Source: an uncultured Clostridia bacterium (GTDB taxonomy: Bacteria; Bacillota; Clostridia; TANB77; CAG-508). Taken from it: a DNA stretch of 64,000 bases. A program made the translations under genes and the position numbers. The number at the start of each line of letters is the position of its first letter. The stretch's first letter is position 1. The notes under the pieces were generated by a model, which was not told the DNA's origin, searched no databases, and was given only the letters and a program-made list of their open reading frames with translations. Positions 63,314 to 64,000 of this stretch are shown here, piece by piece. Location of the stretch: positions 31,206 through 95,205 of the forward strand of contig CALXLP010000003.1 of the NCBI GenBank assembly GCA_944389225.1, given 5' to 3'.

Positions 63314-64000
63314 ATGATGGATTACAATGATGATAATAATATTACAATGATGGATGGAACAGCAACAATAAAGGTTATAGGTGTTGGAGGAGCAGGAAAC
63401 AATGCTGTTAATAGAATGATTGACGCAGGAATTAAAGGTGTAGACTTTATTGCTGTTAATACAGATAGACAAGCTCTTCAAACTTCAAAAGCAAATACAA
63501 AAATTCAAATAGGAGAAAAAATCACAAGAGGTTTAGGTGCAGGAGCAAACCCAGATATCGGAGCACAATCAGCAGAAGAAAGCAAAGGAGAATTAGCAGA
63601 AGTCTTAAGAGGAGCAGATATGGTATTTGTTACAGCCGGAATGGGTGGAGGAACAGGTACAGGAGCTGCACCTGTTGTTGCACAAGCTGCAAAAGAAATG
63701 GGAATTTTAACAATTGGTGTTGTTACAAAACCATTTACATTTGAAGGAAAGAAAAGACTTTCACAAGCTGAAAGAGGAATTGATAGTTTAAAAGGAAAAG
63801 TAGATACATTAGTGGTTATACCAAATGATAAATTATTACAAATAATTGATAGAAAAACATCAATTATAGAAGCTTTCAAAATGGCAGATGATGTATTAAG
63901 ACAAGGTGTACAAGGTATATCAGACTTAATTGCAATTCCAGGTCTTGTTAACTTAGACTTTGCCGATGTAAAAACAATCATGTTAAATCAAGGTATGGCA
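63314..64000 (+). CDS. ftsZ: Cell division GTPase FtsZ (5' part; runs off the window)
   Basis: SD AAGGGAGGAAAA and ATG 63314. '[18 protein letters not shown]' and '[16 protein letters not shown]' (tubulin signature). No stop before 64000. Confidence 0.95.
   Translation, partial: MMDYNDDNNITMMDGTATIKVIGVGGAGNNAVNRMIDAGIKGVDFIAVNTDRQALQTSKANTKIQIGEKITRGLGAGANPDIGAQSAEESKGELAEVLRGADMVFVTAGMGGGTGTGAAPVVAQAAKEMGILTIGVVTKPFTFEGKKRLSQAERGIDSLKGKVDTLVVIPNDKLLQIIDRKTSIIEAFKMADDVLRQGVQGISDLIAIPGLVNLDFADVKTIMLNQGMA

Noticed and set aside
51-63981. The remaining short minus-strand ORFs in the track that lie inside long + strand genes (for example within the 4606-12843 giant, murE, mraY, ftsW, murG, the kinase, MobV and ftsA/ftsZ)
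   Set aside because: All are nested antisense to genes with strong motif support. They lack SD sequences and show the hydrophobic or low-complexity bias expected from antisense reading of AT-rich coding DNA.
1-64000. tRNA, rRNA, tmRNA or known riboswitch genes
   Set aside because: By eye I found no stretch with tRNA-like cloverleaf or GC content, rRNA-like conservation or a recognisable riboswitch core. The structured regions found are reported as unassigned. A covariance-model scan would be needed to be definitive.

Overview
Strongly AT-rich chromosomal window from a low-GC Gram-positive, Clostridia-like anaerobe. This is inferred from gene content only, and no species is claimed. Nearly all credible genes are on the + strand.

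Gene order:
- Left end: rarA, two half-size TSUP/TauE membrane genes, and a Cys/Lys/Asp-rich small protein.
- A 2745-aa cyclic-beta-1,2-glucan-synthase-like giant, an M15 peptidase with a PG-binding domain, and a RhuM/XRE pair.
- Proximal division/cell-wall (dcw) block: mraZ-rsmH-ftsL-class B PBP-[pectate-lyase-like LPSAG surface protein]-murE-mraY-ftsW-murG-histidine kinase.
- About 20 kb of housekeeping genes: lepB, holB, yaaT, ferredoxin, a frameshifted thiamine pyrophosphokinase, a four-subunit 2-oxoacid:ferredoxin oxidoreductase (minus strand), a WalR-like regulator, ispG, ispH, a second class B PBP (minus strand), rsmA, NUDIX, HAD, a deaminase, VOC, LD-carboxypeptidase and a sortase-like protein.
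- Distal dcw block: murA-ftsQ-DUF881-DUF881-sbp-ftsA-ftsZ (ftsZ runs off the window).

Main findings:
- murA is cut in two exactly at its P-G-G-C active-site loop by an ~8.2-kb integrative mobilizable element. The element carries a large serine recombinase, a MobV relaxase with a candidate oriT, an HTH/replication-like gene and an uncharacterised cargo module. Recognisable imperfect att cores sit at both junctions.
- A sortase-fold protein has Thr in place of the catalytic Cys and carries its own LPKAG sorting signal.
- An array of about 12 TACAAAAGATAAA motifs fills an unusually long mraZ-rsmH spacer.
- Three AAGTGG boxes at exact 10-bp spacing (MraZ-operator-like) lie upstream of mraZ.
- A 112-bp palindromic insert and an SD-sequestering hairpin precede the dcw PBP.
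- A conserved ~50-nt intergenic element occurs in three copies, and a 33-nt hairpin element occurs in two.
- A dense cluster of hairpins lies upstream of ispG.
- Three genes are broken by a +1 A in poly-A runs. These may be sequencing artefacts, and that should be checked first.

No rRNA, tRNA or CRISPR array was recognised.
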